22,397 nucleotides of DNA from Aquificaceae bacterium (GCA_037924335.1 JAXSMZ010000007.1:1-22397), one strand, 5' to 3'. Positions 1 through 10,668 are shown, counted from the first letter of the stretch. The notes: generated by a model from the sequence alone, not told the origin. Numbers and translations: made by a program.

Positions 1-114
1 CCTGAATGTGGATATCAGGACAAGATAAACCGCGTAGGTGCGCGGTTCACAAGGGAGCTTATAGTCCCCTTGCCTGCTAAACCTCATTCTGTGGAATATT
101 TTTCTATGGGATGA
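1..114 (+). pseudogene. 3' fragment of a TnpB-like (IS200/IS605 OrfB) ORF, apparently internally deleted; runs off the left edge
   Basis: Frame +1 reads PECGYQDKINRVGARFTRELIVPLPAKPHSVEYFSMG* (TGA 112-114). The (C)PECGYxxKxNR segment resembles the TnpB zinc-ribbon start. The second CxxC and the RuvC-III D..NI segment are absent. Confidence 0.5.
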
Positions 115-124
115 GGAACTATAG
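28..124 (+). ncRNA. putative omegaRNA/reRNA-like structured right end of an IS200/IS605 element
   Basis: Hairpins at 28-47 (AACCGCG/CGCGGTT), 50-72 (CAAGGG/CCCTTG) and 82-116 (15 bp, four G-U pairs on the + strand). ACTATAG 118-124 is complementary to TTATAGT 59-65. Confidence 0.4.
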
Positions 125-127
125 TTC

Positions 128-1066
128 CTAGATTGACCTTTCTCTGAACCACTCTATAGTAAAGGTTAAACCATCTTTCAGGCTTACCTTTGGACTCCAG
201 CCCAGTATCTTTTTAGCTTTGGTTATGTCTGGACATCTCCTCATGGGGTCATCTTGGGGGAGGGGCTTAAAGACTATTGATGAGTTGCTTCCTGTTAGCT
301 CTATCACCAGATTGGCAAGGTCTAATACCTTTATCTCTTCTGGATTGCCTAAGTTTATAACCTCACCCGCTAGCCCATCCTTTACAGATGTTCTGAACAC
401 ACCTTCTACTAAGTCATCTATGAAGCAAAAACTCCTTGTCTGTTCTCCTCTTCCATACACAGTAATGGGTTCGTTTTTTAGAGCTTGCGTTATGAAGTTT
501 GGTATAACTCTCCCGTCTGCAGTTCTCATACGGGGTCCATAAGTGTTGAATATCCTCAAAACTCTAACATCAACACCATGCTCTCTGTAATAGGCCATAC
601 ACATAGCCTCAGAGAATCTTTTGGCTTCATCGTACACGCTTCTTGGCCCTATAGGGTTCACGTTTCCCCAGTAGGTTTCTGGTTGGGGGTGTACCTGAGG
701 GTTGCCGTAAACCTCAGATGTAGAAGCAAATACGTACCTTGCCCTCTTTAGTCTGGCAAAACCTAAAGTGTTCATTGTTCCAAGAGAATCAACCTTCATG
801 GTATGTATGGGATGGGTTAGATAATCTACGGGGGATGCAGGGCATGCAAAGTGCAAAACCATATCAAAGGAACCTTCCAGAAAAACGTAATTTACCACGT
901 TGTAATGGACAAACTTAAACCTTTTGTGTTCAAGGAGATGCTGTATATTGTCTGGTGAACCCGTCAAGAAGTTATCTATACCAACAACATCAAAACCTTC
1001 TTTGATAAACCTGTCGCAAAGATGGGAGCCTATAAATCCAGCAGCTCCAGTTATTAGAACACGCAT
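128..1066 (-). CDS. UDP-glucuronate decarboxylase (UXS-like) NAD-dependent epimerase/dehydratase
   Basis: Rossmann motif [22 protein letters not shown], catalytic [25 protein letters not shown]. Confidence 0.9.
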   Translation of the reverse strand: MRVLITGAAGFIGSHLCDRFIKEGFDVVGIDNFLTGSPDNIQHLLEHKRFKFVHYNVVNYVFLEGSFDMVLHFACPASPVDYLTHPIHTMKVDSLGTMNTLGFARLKRARYVFASTSEVYGNPQVHPQPETYWGNVNPIGPRSVYDEAKRFSEAMCMAYYREHGVDVRVLRIFNTYGPRMRTADGRVIPNFITQALKNEPITVYGRGEQTRSFCFIDDLVEGVFRTSVKDGLAGEVINLGNPEEIKVLDLANLVIELTGSNSSIVFKPLPQDDPMRRCPDITKAKKILGWSPKVSLKDGLTFTIEWFRERSI

Positions 1067-1072
1067 GTTTTA

Positions 1073-1078
1073 ATTATA
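1073..1078 (-). promoter_or_regulatory. -10 element (TATAAT) of a probable leaderless promoter for the epimerase gene
   Basis: Minus strand reads TATAAT-taaaac-ATG, with no Shine-Dalgarno (SD) sequence. Confidence 0.55.
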
Positions 1079-1079
1079 T

Positions 1080-1108
1080 TTGCAAAACACCAAAAAATTT
1101 TGTATAAT
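1080..1108 (+). promoter_or_regulatory. sigma70 promoter of the spc/alpha cluster
   Basis: TTGCAA (1080-1085), 17 bp spacer, TATAAT (1103-1108); SD GAGGTG upstream of the rplN ATG. Confidence 0.8.
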
Positions 1109-1141
1109 AAATAGCTTGTTACAGTGGAGAGGTGAAGAGCT

Positions 1142-1507
1142 ATGATACAGAGGCAAGGTTATGCAAACGTGGCTGATAACTCTGGTGCAAAGAGAGTACA
1201 GCTCATAGGTATACCTTACGCACCGAGAAAGTATGCTACCTTGGGCGATGTTGTTACGGTTACTGTTAAAGAAGCTGCACCCAACAGCCCAGCCAAAAAA
1301 GGTAAGGTTTACAGAGCAGTTATAGTCAGGACTAAGAAAGAGGTGAAACGCCCCGATGGTAGCTGCATAAAGTTTGATGATAACGCAGTGGTGCTTTTGA
1401 ATCAGTATGGAGAACCGTTGGGAACTCGTATACTTGGCCCCATAGCTAGAGAGGTAAGAAACAGAGGATTTACAAAGATAGCATCCTTGGCTCCGGAGGT
1501 AGTTTAA
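1142..1507 (+). CDS. rplN: 50S ribosomal protein L14
   Basis: [36 protein letters not shown]. Confidence 0.99.
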   Translation: MIQRQGYANVADNSGAKRVQLIGIPYAPRKYATLGDVVTVTVKEAAPNSPAKKGKVYRAVIVRTKKEVKRPDGSCIKFDDNAVVLLNQYGEPLGTRILGPIAREVRNRGFTKIASLAPEVV

Positions 1508-1508
1508 C

Positions 1509-1865
1509 ATGGCATCGAGGATAAAGAAAGGAGACACTGTTGTTGTAGTTAGAGGAAAGGAGAGAGGAAAGACTGGGGAAGTTATCAAAGTCTTGAAGGA
1601 CGAAGACAGGTTGGTGGTCAAAGACATAAACATAGTAAAAAAGCATGTTAAGGGTGTACCCAACGTTAGGGAGAGCGGTATATACGAAATGGAGGCTCCT
1701 ATTCATATAAGCAACGTTATGCTTGTGTGCCCAAAATGTGGGAAGCCCACAAGGGTGGGTTTTAGGATGGAGGAAGAGGGAAAGACCTTTAGAAAGTACA
1801 GGTATTGCAAAAAGTGCAATGAAAGTTTAGACTTAGTAACATCAAAAGAGAGGGCAAAGGTATGA
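1509..1865 (+). CDS. rplX: 50S ribosomal protein L24
   Basis: KOW motif [28 protein letters not shown]; operon position. Confidence 0.99.
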   Translation: MASRIKKGDTVVVVRGKERGKTGEVIKVLKDEDRLVVKDINIVKKHVKGVPNVRESGIYEMEAPIHISNVMLVCPKCGKPTRVGFRMEEEGKTFRKYRYCKKCNESLDLVTSKERAKV

Positions 1866-2425
1866 GTGTAGAGACTAGGTACATTCCAAGGCTTTATGTG
1901 AAGTACAAGAACGAGGTGGTCCCAAAGCTTGTAAACAAGTTTGGTTACAAGAACCCAATGGAAGTTCCCAAGATAGTGAAGATAGTTGTGAACATGGGTG
2001 TAGGAGAGGCTGTGCAGGATATAAAATATTTGGAAAGGGCTATAGAAGATATAAAAGCCATAACGGGACAACATCCTGCTGTAAGAAGGGCAAAAAAATC
2101 GGAAGCTGGCTTCAAGCTTAGGAAAGGTATGCCAGTTGGTATAAAGGTTACCTTAAGGAAAGAGAGGATGTGGGACTTTTTGGACAAGCTCATATCTGTA
2201 GCTCTTCCGAGGGTAAAGGATTTTAAAGGACTAAATCCAAGGTCCTTCGATGGAAGGGGAAACTATGCTTTTGGTATCTCAGAGCAGATAGTCTTTCCCG
2301 AGATAGATTACGAAAAGGTCGATGCCATTAGAGGTATGGACGTAATCATAAACACTACAGCCGAAACAGATGAAGAAGCTTTCTGGCTTTTGTCCCTTCT
2401 TGGGCTACCCATTAGAAGTATGTGA
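1862..2425 (+). CDS. rplE: 50S ribosomal protein L5
   Basis: [30 protein letters not shown]. Confidence 0.99.
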   Translation: MSVETRYIPRLYVKYKNEVVPKLVNKFGYKNPMEVPKIVKIVVNMGVGEAVQDIKYLERAIEDIKAITGQHPAVRRAKKSEAGFKLRKGMPVGIKVTLRKERMWDFLDKLISVALPRVKDFKGLNPRSFDGRGNYAFGISEQIVFPEIDYEKVDAIRGMDVIINTTAETDEEAFWLLSLLGLPIRSM

Positions 2426-2436
2426 AGGAGGAAATA

Positions 2437-2625
2437 ATGGCAAGGAAGGCGAAGGTTGCTAAGGATATTAAACATTTCCCCAAGTACGATGTGAGGAAGA
2501 AAAACAGGTGTCCTCTTTGCGGAAGGCCAAGGGGCTTTGTAAGGTATTTTGGGATGTGCAGACTCTGTTTTAGAGAGCTTGCTCTAAAGGGTGAGATCCC
2601 AGGTATGAGGAAAGCAAGCTGGTAA
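2437..2625 (+). CDS. rpsN: 30S ribosomal protein S14, zinc-binding (type Z)
   Basis: ATG at 2437 after [18 protein letters not shown]...CRLCFRELA...PGMRKASW. Confidence 0.98.
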   Translation: MARKAKVAKDIKHFPKYDVRKKNRCPLCGRPRGFVRYFGMCRLCFRELALKGEIPGMRKASW

Positions 2626-2636
2626 GGAGGTAATAG

Positions 2637-3047
2637 ATGGATACTGTAGCAGATATGTTTTCGGCCATCAAGAACGCCATAAACAGGAGGAAGGATTATG
2701 TTGATGTTCCCTCCTCAAAGTTAAAGGAGTCTATCCTTAACATACTGAAGGAAGAGGGTTATATAAAAGGATGGGAAAGGTTAGAAGATAAAGCTCATAG
2801 AAAAGGGACCCAGTATACTCTCCGAGTACATCTCAAATACTTAGACCAAAGAAAGCAAAGCAACGCCATAAAGGAGCTTGTAAAGGTTTCCAAACCAGGA
2901 AGGAGAGTCTATGTTCCAAGACATAGAATGCCTCACGTTCAAAAGGGTCTTGGTATAGCCATACTTTCGACGGATGCTGGTATAGTGACAGACCATAAAG
3001 CGAGAAGCTTGGGGAAGGGTGGAGAGGTGATAGCTTATGTTTGGTGA
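2637..3047 (+). CDS. rpsH: 30S ribosomal protein S8
   Basis: MDTVADM, SKPGRRVY, GLGIAILST, GGEVIAYVW. Confidence 0.99.
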   Translation: MDTVADMFSAIKNAINRRKDYVDVPSSKLKESILNILKEEGYIKGWERLEDKAHRKGTQYTLRVHLKYLDQRKQSNAIKELVKVSKPGRRVYVPRHRMPHVQKGLGIAILSTDAGIVTDHKARSLGKGGEVIAYVW

Positions 3048-3055
3048 GGTGAGAC

Positions 3056-3601
3056 ATGTCAAGAGTAGGTAAGAACCCTATCAAAGTACCAGATAAGGTA
3101 AAGGTGAGCATTGAGGGCAACCTTATAACGGCTGAGGGGCCAAAGGGAAAGCTTTCCATGAACTTCCATCCGGACATGAAGGTATACATGGATGGAGGAT
3201 ACATAAAAGTAGAAAGGCCAAGGGATGAACCTTTTTACAGGGCTATACATGGAACCACGGCTGCCTTGATAAGGAATATGATAAAGGGAGTAACGGAAGG
3301 CTTCACCGTTGTTTTAGAGATATTTGGCTTGGGATACAGGGGAGCCGTAAAAGGTGGAAACTTGGAGCTAAGTCTGGGGTATTCACATCCAGTGGTCTAT
3401 CCCATCCCTCCAGATGTAAAGATAGAGGTAAAGGAGAACAAGATATACGTGAGCGGTATAGACAAACAGAGAGTAGGTCAGGTGGCAGCCCATATTAGGT
3501 CTTTCAGAAAGCCAGACATATACAAAGGAAAGGGTATAAGGTACGAAGGGGAAGTTTTAAAGCTTAAAGCTGGTAAAGCAGCAGTAAAGGGCAAAAAGTG
3601 A
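3056..3601 (+). CDS. rplF: 50S ribosomal protein L6
   Basis: [27 protein letters not shown]. Confidence 0.99.
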   Translation: MSRVGKNPIKVPDKVKVSIEGNLITAEGPKGKLSMNFHPDMKVYMDGGYIKVERPRDEPFYRAIHGTTAALIRNMIKGVTEGFTVVLEIFGLGYRGAVKGGNLELSLGYSHPVVYPIPPDVKIEVKENKIYVSGIDKQRVGQVAAHIRSFRKPDIYKGKGIRYEGEVLKLKAGKAAVKGKK

Positions 3602-3612
3602 GGTGGTGAGAC

Positions 3613-3984
3613 ATGGCAAGATTAAAAAGCAGTGAGAGAAGAGAAAGAAGGCATAAAAGGTTAAGAAAGAAGATGTTTGGAACAGCGGAAAGACCAAGGT
3701 TATGCGTGTACAGGAGCTTACATAACTTCTATGCACAGGTCATAGATGATACAAGGGGGCACACTTTAGTCTCTGCCTCTTCTATAGACCCAGAGTTTGT
3801 AAAGCTGACTGGCAAGAGGGGAGGAAAATCCATAGATGACGTGTGTAAGGTAGCGGAGACATTGGTAAACAGGATGAAAGAGAAGGGTATAACCAAAGTG
3901 ATTTTTGATAGAGGTGGCTTTCTTTACCATGGAAAGATAAAAGCTTTTGCCGAAAAGTGCAGAGAACTTGGGCTTGAATTCTAA
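3613..3984 (+). CDS. rplR: 50S ribosomal protein L18
   Basis: [24 protein letters not shown]. Confidence 0.99.
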   Translation: MARLKSSERRERRHKRLRKKMFGTAERPRLCVYRSLHNFYAQVIDDTRGHTLVSASSIDPEFVKLTGKRGGKSIDDVCKVAETLVNRMKEKGITKVIFDRGGFLYHGKIKAFAEKCRELGLEF

Positions 3985-3995
3985 AGGAGGTTATT

Positions 3996-4568
3996 ATGGG
4001 TGGTGTAGACCTAGAGAAGCTTATTGATGAAAGGAGAAAAGTGCAAGGCATATCTGGTATAAGCGATGAGCTTCAGATTGAGGAAAGACTGATATACGCC
4101 AAAAGGACAACAAGGGTGACAAAGGGTGGTAAAAGGTTTTCCTTTGGTGCATTGGTCATAGTAGGCGACAAAAGAGGTTACGTAGGCTTTGGTCTTGGAA
4201 AAGCAAGAGAGGTTCCCATCGCAATAGCCAAGGCCATAGAGGATGGGAAAAAGCACATCATCAGAGTTCCAATAGTGGAGGGGACAGTTCCCCACGATGT
4301 GGTTGGCAAATACGGACCAACGCAGATAAGAGTACTGCCGGCAAGAAGAGGAACTGGTATAGTTGCCGGGGGTGCTGCAAAGCCAATATTTGAACTTGCC
4401 GGGTACACAGACGTTCTTACAAAGCTTCAGGGAAGTACCAATCCCAATAACGTTGTTAGGGCTGTTTTTGATGCTCTTTTGAAGCTCAGGTCCATGGAGG
4501 AAGTGGCGAGGGAAAGGGGTATAGACCTTGAGGAGTTAAAGCGGAGATACCATACATATGCGAGGTGA
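3996..4568 (+). CDS. rpsE: 30S ribosomal protein S5
   Basis: VTKGGKRFSF, GKAREVP, GTGIVAGG, GSTNPNNVVRA. Confidence 0.99.
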   Translation: MGGVDLEKLIDERRKVQGISGISDELQIEERLIYAKRTTRVTKGGKRFSFGALVIVGDKRGYVGFGLGKAREVPIAIAKAIEDGKKHIIRVPIVEGTVPHDVVGKYGPTQIRVLPARRGTGIVAGGAAKPIFELAGYTDVLTKLQGSTNPNNVVRAVFDALLKLRSMEEVARERGIDLEELKRRYHTYAR

Positions 4569-4574
4569 AAAGAG

Positions 4575-4763
4575 ATGTTAAAGGTCACGCTTTTAAGAGG
4601 ACTTGCTGGAAAGCCTGAGGCTCAGGTGCAAGCTGTGAAGAGCCTTGGGCTTAAAAAGGTCGGTCAGACTAGAGTGTTGCAGGATAATCCAATGGTAAGG
4701 GGGAACATAAAAAAGGCCTGGAGCCTTATAAAAGTCGAGGAGGTAAAGGATGAAACTGCATGA
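4575..4763 (+). CDS. rpmD: 50S ribosomal protein L30
   Basis: 62 aa, SLGLKK...DNPMVRGNI; lies between rpsE and rplO. Confidence 0.96.
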   Translation: MLKVTLLRGLAGKPEAQVQAVKSLGLKKVGQTRVLQDNPMVRGNIKKAWSLIKVEEVKDETA

Positions 4764-5196
4764 GCTTGCACCCAACGAAGGAGCTACAAAGGAGAGAAAA
4801 AGGGTAGGAAGGGGTATAGGTTCAGGTCTTGGGAAGACATGCGGAAAAGGTCATAAGGGGCAGAAAACAAGGTCTGGAGACAGAAGACTTCCTTCTTGGT
4901 TTGAGGGTGGGCAAACGCCACTCCACAAAAGGGTACCCAAAAGAGGCTTTAGAAGCTTAAACAGGGTAGAGTATTCTGTGGTAAACTTGAAAACCCTTGA
5001 GCAATATTTCCAGGATGGTCAGGAGGTAAACCTTGAAACCCTTTATGAAAATGGTCTAGTTAAAAAGGGTATGCCCGTAAAGGTCCTTGGAGATGGAGAG
5101 CTTACCAAAAAGCTAAAGGTAAAGGCTCATGCTTTTTCATCCTCGGCCAAGCAGAAGATAGAATCTGCTGGTGGTTCCTGCGAGGTCCTAACGTGA
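4750..5196 (+). CDS. rplO: 50S ribosomal protein L15
   Basis: [29 protein letters not shown]. Confidence 0.99.
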   Translation: MKLHELAPNEGATKERKRVGRGIGSGLGKTCGKGHKGQKTRSGDRRLPSWFEGGQTPLHKRVPKRGFRSLNRVEYSVVNLKTLEQYFQDGQEVNLETLYENGLVKKGMPVKVLGDGELTKKLKVKAHAFSSSAKQKIESAGGSCEVLT

Positions 5197-6491
5197 TAGA
5201 GTACATAAAACAGATATTTACCCTGGAGGATTTCAGGAAAAGATTTGTATACACGTTGCTTATGTTCTCCATATACAGAATGGGAAGCCATATACCCCTT
5301 CCTGGTATAGACACAATGGCCCTTGAAGACTTCTTCAGAAGCTTTCAGGGAACCATATTCTACCTCTATGATATATTCTCCGGTGGAAATTTAGGGCGTA
5401 TGACTCTGTTTGCTCTTGGTGTGATGCCCTACATATCTGCATCTATAATGATGCAGCTTCTGACGGTGGCTGTTCCAGAGCTTCAGAGATTGGCAAAAGA
5501 AGAGGGCGATTATGGAAGGTATAAGATAAATCAGTACACAAGGTATTTGACAGTCTTCGTTGCTTTTGTACAGTCCATAGGTATATCTGTGTGGCTTCAG
5601 AATCAAGTTTCCCCTAGGGGTATGCCCATAGTTCCGGATGGGGGCTTTGTTTTCACTTTTACCACTGTAATAGCTCTTGTCTCTTCAACCATGTTCCTTG
5701 TGTGGGTAGGGGATAGGATAACAGAGAAAGGAATAGGGAACGGAATGTCGCTCCTAATATTTGCCGGTATAGTGGCTGGCTTCCCAAACGCTTCTATAAG
5801 AGTAGTAGAGATGTTAAGGAACGGTGACCTATCCCCCTTTGCCTTTGTGGGAGCCATAATATTTGTCATAGCTGTTATAGTAGGCATAGTGTTTATGCAG
5901 GAGGCGGAGAGAAGGGTACCCATCCAGTACCCAAGAAGACAGGTAGGAAAGCACGAGATGGCCGGAGGTTCTACCTATCTCCCCATAAAGATAAACCCTG
6001 CCGGCGTCATACCTATAATATTCGCCCAATCCCTTCTCATAATACCATCAACGGTGATAGGTTTTATAAACCATCCCATAGCTCGTATACTTCATGATGC
6101 TTTTAACCCAACTACCATCTTTTATAACTTTCTCTATGTGCTTTTCATAGTGTTCTTCACATACTTTTACACTGCAGTGCTTATAAATCCAGTTGATGTG
6201 GCAGACAATCTAAAGAAGGGGGGAGCTTTCATCCCTGGAGTTAGACCTGGACAAGATACACAAAAGCTCATGGAGAGCATAATAAACAAGCTGGCTTTCA
6301 TCGGTGCCATATTCTTGAGCGTCGTGGCTACCATCCCTATATTCATAAGCTTGTGGCTAAAGGTACCCTTTTACTTTGGTGGAACAACGGCTTTGATAGT
6401 TGTTGGCGTTGCTCTCGATACTCTCAACAAGATAGAAGCTCAGATGATACAGAAAAGGTACACTGGTTATATGAGGAGGAGGGTAAGATGA
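5193..6491 (+). CDS. secY: preprotein translocase subunit SecY
   Basis: Multi-pass membrane protein; [39 protein letters not shown] start overlapping the rplO stop. Confidence 0.99.
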   Translation: MIEYIKQIFTLEDFRKRFVYTLLMFSIYRMGSHIPLPGIDTMALEDFFRSFQGTIFYLYDIFSGGNLGRMTLFALGVMPYISASIMMQLLTVAVPELQRLAKEEGDYGRYKINQYTRYLTVFVAFVQSIGISVWLQNQVSPRGMPIVPDGGFVFTFTTVIALVSSTMFLVWVGDRITEKGIGNGMSLLIFAGIVAGFPNASIRVVEMLRNGDLSPFAFVGAIIFVIAVIVGIVFMQEAERRVPIQYPRRQVGKHEMAGGSTYLPIKINPAGVIPIIFAQSLLIIPSTVIGFINHPIARILHDAFNPTTIFYNFLYVLFIVFFTYFYTAVLINPVDVADNLKKGGAFIPGVRPGQDTQKLMESIINKLAFIGAIFLSVVATIPIFISLWLKVPFYFGGTTALIVVGVALDTLNKIEAQMIQKRYTGYMRRRVR

Positions 6492-7129
6492 TACTTGTCT
6501 TCCTTGGACCACCGGGTGCGGGGAAGGGAACACAGGCAAAGCTCTTATCCCAGGACCTAAAATTCAAGCATATTTCCACGGGTGACCTTCTCAGAGAATC
6601 TGTAAAAGAGGGGACTCTGTTGGGTCTGAAGGCTAAGAGCTACATGGATAGAGGAGAGCTTGTCCCCGATGAGCTTATAATAGCCATGATAGAGGAGGTT
6701 ATGCCAAAGGACAGCGGTGTTATCCTGGATGGATTTCCCAGGACAATGAAGCAAGCGCAGGCTCTCCAAGATATGCTGAATAAACACGGTAAGTATCTTT
6801 GCAGGGTCTTCTTCTTTGACCTGGATGATGATACGATAGTGAAAAGACTCTCTGGAAGAAGGGTCTGTCCCAACTGTGGCGCTCTTTATCATATGGATTT
6901 CAAGCCACCTAAAAAGGATGAAGTGTGCGACCTGTGCGGTACAAAGATTATTCAGAGGGAGGATGATAGGGAAGAAGTGGTCAGAAAAAGGTTGGATGTT
7001 TACAGAAGACAGACTGCAGAAGTCGTTGACTTTTACAAGAAAGAGAATAAATTAATTCACTTGGACGCTGGACAAGACATTGAAAGGGTGTATCAGGAGC
7101 TTAGAAAGGCTTTAAAGGATGGCTGTTGA
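6488..7129 (+). CDS. adk: adenylate kinase with zinc-binding LID
   Basis: True start is ATG 6488 (ATGA overlap with the secY stop); GPPGAGKGT P-loop, LDGFPRT, CPNC..CDLC. Confidence 0.99.
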   Translation: MILVFLGPPGAGKGTQAKLLSQDLKFKHISTGDLLRESVKEGTLLGLKAKSYMDRGELVPDELIIAMIEEVMPKDSGVILDGFPRTMKQAQALQDMLNKHGKYLCRVFFFDLDDDTIVKRLSGRRVCPNCGALYHMDFKPPKKDEVCDLCGTKIIQREDDREEVVRKRLDVYRRQTAEVVDFYKKENKLIHLDAGQDIERVYQELRKALKDGC

Positions 7130-7904
7130 ACTGTACTCTTTTAAGGAAATAGATAAAATAAAAAGGGCGTGCGATGTTGTAACCCAAGTTCTCCAAGTTG
7201 TATCTGAGCATGTAAAGCCCGGTGTATCCACTTGGGAACTGGACATTATCGCAAGGGAGGAGACAAAAAAAAGAGGAGCTCGTCCTGCCTTTCTTAATTA
7301 CAAACCCCCATTTAGCAGAAGAGCTTATCCAGCAGCCATATGTGTATCTCTAAACTCGGCTATAGTTCACGGTCTTCCAAAGAAAGAGCAGATTATAAGG
7401 AAAGAAGATTTGGTAAGTTTGGACTTTGGTGCTATAATAGATGGATACGCTGGGGATTCTGCTTTAACTCTGTCGGTGGGAAAAGTTGATGAGAAGAAGG
7501 AGACTCTTTTGAAAGCTACAAAGGAGGCATTGGAAGAAGCAGTGAAGATGTGCGTTGTGGGCAATTGGTTGAGCGATGTGGTAGAAGCCATCCATAAAAC
7601 TGCGGAGAAGTATGGTGTTTATCCTGTGAGAGGGCTTGGTGGTCATGGCATAGGCAGAAAGATACATGAGGAGCCCTTCATACCCAATAACAGGAAGGAC
7701 ATGGAGAAAAGAAACGTAAAATTAAGGCAAGGTATGGTAATTGCGATAGAGCCCATGTTTGCTCTTGGGACGGAAGAGACAAGAAACGATAGTGATGGAT
7801 GGACAGTGCTTACAGCTGATGGGGGTCCATCTGCCCACTTTGAGTACACTGTAGCCATAACTAAGGAAGGTCCTATAGTTCTCACGGAGTTTAAAGATGG
7901 GTAA
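7119..7904 (+). CDS. map: type I methionine aminopeptidase
   Basis: [29 protein letters not shown]. Confidence 0.98.
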   Translation: MAVELYSFKEIDKIKRACDVVTQVLQVVSEHVKPGVSTWELDIIAREETKKRGARPAFLNYKPPFSRRAYPAAICVSLNSAIVHGLPKKEQIIRKEDLVSLDFGAIIDGYAGDSALTLSVGKVDEKKETLLKATKEALEEAVKMCVVGNWLSDVVEAIHKTAEKYGVYPVRGLGGHGIGRKIHEEPFIPNNRKDMEKRNVKLRQGMVIAIEPMFALGTEETRNDSDGWTVLTADGGPSAHFEYTVAITKEGPIVLTEFKDG

Positions 7905-8136
7905 GAAAAAGGAGGAAAAGCAGCACAAAGAAAAGGGTATAGTGCTTGAAGGGACTATTGTAGAAGCTCTCCCCAACGCTATGTTCAGAGTAAAGCTGGA
8001 TACAGACCATGAGGTGCTTGCTCACGTATCTGGCAAGATGAGAGTCCATTTCATAAGAATACTTCCAGGAGATAGGGTAAAGGTGGAGCTTTCCCCCTAT
8101 GATCTGACAAGGGGGCGGATAATCTACAGAGCATGA
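7897..8136 (+). CDS. infA: translation initiation factor IF-1
   Basis: [30 protein letters not shown]. Confidence 0.99.
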   Translation: MGKKKEEKQHKEKGIVLEGTIVEALPNAMFRVKLDTDHEVLAHVSGKMRVHFIRILPGDRVKVELSPYDLTRGRIIYRA

Positions 8137-8162
8137 GAATTATTAACTTGTTAGGAGGTTAG

Positions 8163-8282
<120 letters not shown>

Positions 8283-8293
8283 GGAGGTAAGAG

Positions 8294-8674
8294 ATGGCAA
8301 GGATAGCTGGTGTTGACCTTCCAGACCATAAGAGATTGGAGGTGGTTTTAACATATCTGTACGGTGTAGGTTGGTCTAGGGCAAGGGAGATATGCAACGC
8401 TGCGGGCATTCCATATACAAAGAAACTTGGAGAGTTAACCCCAGATGAGCTGAACACAATAAGGAAGTACATAGAACAGAACTACAGGGTGGAAGGAGAC
8501 CTAAGAAGAGAAGTGCAGATGAATATAAAGAAGCTCATAGACATGGGATGCTACAGAGGTATAAGACATGCAAGGGGGCTTCCCGTTAGAGGTCAGCAGA
8601 CCAAAACCAATTCAAGAACCAGGAAGGGTAAAAAGAAAACAGTTGGTGGTACAAAGAAGAAGATAGTTAAGTAA
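8294..8674 (+). CDS. rpsM: 30S ribosomal protein S13
   Basis: [37 protein letters not shown]. Confidence 0.99.
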   Translation: MARIAGVDLPDHKRLEVVLTYLYGVGWSRAREICNAAGIPYTKKLGELTPDELNTIRKYIEQNYRVEGDLRREVQMNIKKLIDMGCYRGIRHARGLPVRGQQTKTNSRTRKGKKKTVGGTKKKIVK

Positions 8675-8685
8675 GGAGGTTATAA

Positions 8686-9075
8686 ATGGCCAACAGAAAG
8701 GGACAATCTAAAAGGTCAAAGAGGACGGTAAGCAGCGGTATTGTAAACATACTAAGCACATTTAACAACACTATAATAAACATAACAGATCAGCAGGGGA
8801 ACACTCTCTCATGGGAAAGCGGTGGTACCGTTGGTTTTAAAGGTACAAGAAAGAGCACTCCTTATGCAGCACAGCTTGCCGCACAAAAGGCTGCCAAAAG
8901 AGCGATGCAGGAGTTTGGTTTGCAGGAAGTAGAGGTAAGGATAAAGGGTGCTGGAGCTGGCAGAGAGTCTGCTTTAAGGGCTATACATGCATCTGGGCTG
9001 AAAATAAAGCTCATAAGGGATGTGACTCCAATACCCCATAACGGATGCAGACCACCAGCAAGGAGGAGGGTATGA
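8686..9075 (+). CDS. rpsK: 30S ribosomal protein S11
   Basis: [28 protein letters not shown]. Confidence 0.99.
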   Translation: MANRKGQSKRSKRTVSSGIVNILSTFNNTIINITDQQGNTLSWESGGTVGFKGTRKSTPYAAQLAAQKAAKRAMQEFGLQEVEVRIKGAGAGRESALRAIHASGLKIKLIRDVTPIPHNGCRPPARRRV

Positions 9076-9076
9076 A

Positions 9077-9706
9077 ATGAGCAGGTACATAGGTCCATGG
9101 TCAAAGGTAGATAGGAGATTTGGTGTTGCTGTCTCTAACAAGAGAGGCGGTAGTAAGACTTTAGCAAGAAGGAACTTCCCACCAGGACAGCATGGAAGAT
9201 TAAAAGGAAGGAGGAAAAAGCTCACAGAGTTTGGCATACGCCTGATGGAAAAGCAAAAGTTAAAGTTCCTTTATGGCGGCATTAGGGAAAAGCAGTTTAG
9301 GAGATACTTTGAAGAGGCATCAAAGGCAAAGGGAGATACAGGACAGGTTCTTATACAACTTCTTGAGAGAAGGCTTGATAACGTAGTCTACAGGCTTGGA
9401 ATGGCATCCACAAGGAGACAAGCCAGACAGCTGATCTCCCATGGTCATATACTCTTGAATGGAAAGACTATGGATATACCATCTTACAGGGTTAAGCCAG
9501 GGGAGATAATAGAGATAAAACCATCCTCAAGGGATATACCTCAGATAAGAGAGAACATCGAAAGCATAGACCCAAGGAGTATTCCATCCTGGCTCGAGCT
9601 GGATAAAGAAAACTTTAGGGGCAAGGTCATCGATGTTCCTAAGGATGTGCAGATTGAGATTCCTGTTAACGTTCAGTACATCATTGAGTTTTATTCAAGA
9701 GTTTAA
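9077..9706 (+). CDS. rpsD: 30S ribosomal protein S4
   Basis: MSRYIGP, PPGQHG, LERRLDNVVYR, ARQLISHGH, EFYSR. Confidence 0.99.
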   Translation: MSRYIGPWSKVDRRFGVAVSNKRGGSKTLARRNFPPGQHGRLKGRRKKLTEFGIRLMEKQKLKFLYGGIREKQFRRYFEEASKAKGDTGQVLIQLLERRLDNVVYRLGMASTRRQARQLISHGHILLNGKTMDIPSYRVKPGEIIEIKPSSRDIPQIRENIESIDPRSIPSWLELDKENFRGKVIDVPKDVQIEIPVNVQYIIEFYSRV

Positions 9707-9717
9707 GGAGGTTTATT

Positions 9718-10668
9718 ATGCAAAGAGAGTTTCTTTTTCCCTCAAAGGTTTATTGGGAAGAGAAGAATAAAAAGTATGGTAGGTTTGTTGTGGAGCCTTT
9801 GGAGAGGGGGTTTGGCATAACATTAGGAAACTCACTAAGAAGGACTCTCCTATCTTCCATAGAGGGAGTGGCTGTTACTGGTGTAAAGATATACGGAGTT
9901 CATCATGAGTTTTCCGCCATAGAAGGTGTTATGGAAGATGTACTTGAAGTTATAGCAAACATAAAGAAGATAAGGTTTAATCTAAAGAACAGCGACGTGG
10001 AGATTCTGTATTTAAAGAAGGGTGGTGAAGGCGTAGTCACGGCTAAAGACCTTACATTACCACCAAGCGTACAGGTTATAAATCCAGACCAGAAGATAGC
10101 CACCATAACAGACCCGCAGAAAGAGCTTAACATGGAAATAAGAATTGAAAGGGGATTTGGATACATGCCTACTGAAGAGATGGAAGTTCTCGGCGAAGTA
10201 GGATGGATATTGGTTGATGCAGATTTCTCACCAGTTCGTCAGGTAAGTTTTAAGGTTGAAAAGACAAGGGTGGGTAAAAGAAGCGATTATGACAGATTGA
10301 CCATGGAAGTACACACTGATGGGACCAAGGGTCCAGAAGAAGTTATAAAGGAAGCCATCTCTATACTAGTTAAGTACTTTTCAAGCTTAGAGCATATCTC
10401 CTACGAGCTACCAACTGTAGAGGAACACATTGTTGTAGATGAGCTTGCTGAAAAGCTCAGTCTTCCTATAGAGGAGCTTGACGTATCTCAAAGGTCTCTT
10501 AACTCTATTAAAAGAATAGGCATAAGTACCATAGGCGACCTTGTGAGGCTCTCCGAAGAGGACCTGAAAAGCACAAAAAACGTAGGAAGGAAAGCTATAA
10601 ATGAGATAAAGGAAGCTCTCAAACAGATGGGTTTATACTTAGGTATGGATGTAGAAAGCAGGAGGTAA
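9718..10668 (+). CDS. rpoA: RNA polymerase subunit alpha
   Basis: [29 protein letters not shown], alpha-CTD. Confidence 0.99.
   Translation: MQREFLFPSKVYWEEKNKKYGRFVVEPLERGFGITLGNSLRRTLLSSIEGVAVTGVKIYGVHHEFSAIEGVMEDVLEVIANIKKIRFNLKNSDVEILYLKKGGEGVVTAKDLTLPPSVQVINPDQKIATITDPQKELNMEIRIERGFGYMPTEEMEVLGEVGWILVDADFSPVRQVSFKVEKTRVGKRSDYDRLTMEVHTDGTKGPEEVIKEAISILVKYFSSLEHISYELPTVEEHIVVDELAEKLSLPIEELDVSQRSLNSIKRIGISTIGDLVRLSEEDLKSTKNVGRKAINEIKEALKQMGLYLGMDVESRR

Noticed and set aside
1..128. tRNA, SRP, 6S or tmRNA identity for the structured left end
   Set aside because: No T-loop/CCA, SRP GGAA-loop motif or long 6S-type rod is visible; the overlapping TnpB-like peptide explains it better.
1111..1143. 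ATAGCT/AGCTAT inverted repeat around the rplN SD and start codon
   Set aside because: The predicted TSS (~1115) would exclude most of the 5' arm, and the stem is only 6 bp.
1070..1663. 197-aa minus-strand ORF and the many other antisense or alternate-frame ORFs in the track (e.g. 219-542, 1703-2074, 15692-16120, 21790-22182)
   Set aside because: They shadow well-conserved genes and have no recognisable motifs or ribosome-binding sites.
1850..1900. S8-binding operator at the rplX-rplE junction
   Set aside because: I could not identify a convincing stem mimicking the 16S S8 site.
6353..6487. 45-aa N-terminal extension of Adk in the ORF track
   Set aside because: It lies inside secY; the Adk fold starts at ATG 6488, which has an upstream GAGGAGG.
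8144..8161. TAACTT/AGGTTA mini-hairpin over the rpmJ SD as an alpha-operon regulatory element
   Set aside because: A weak 6-bp AU/GU-rich stem that cannot be distinguished from chance.
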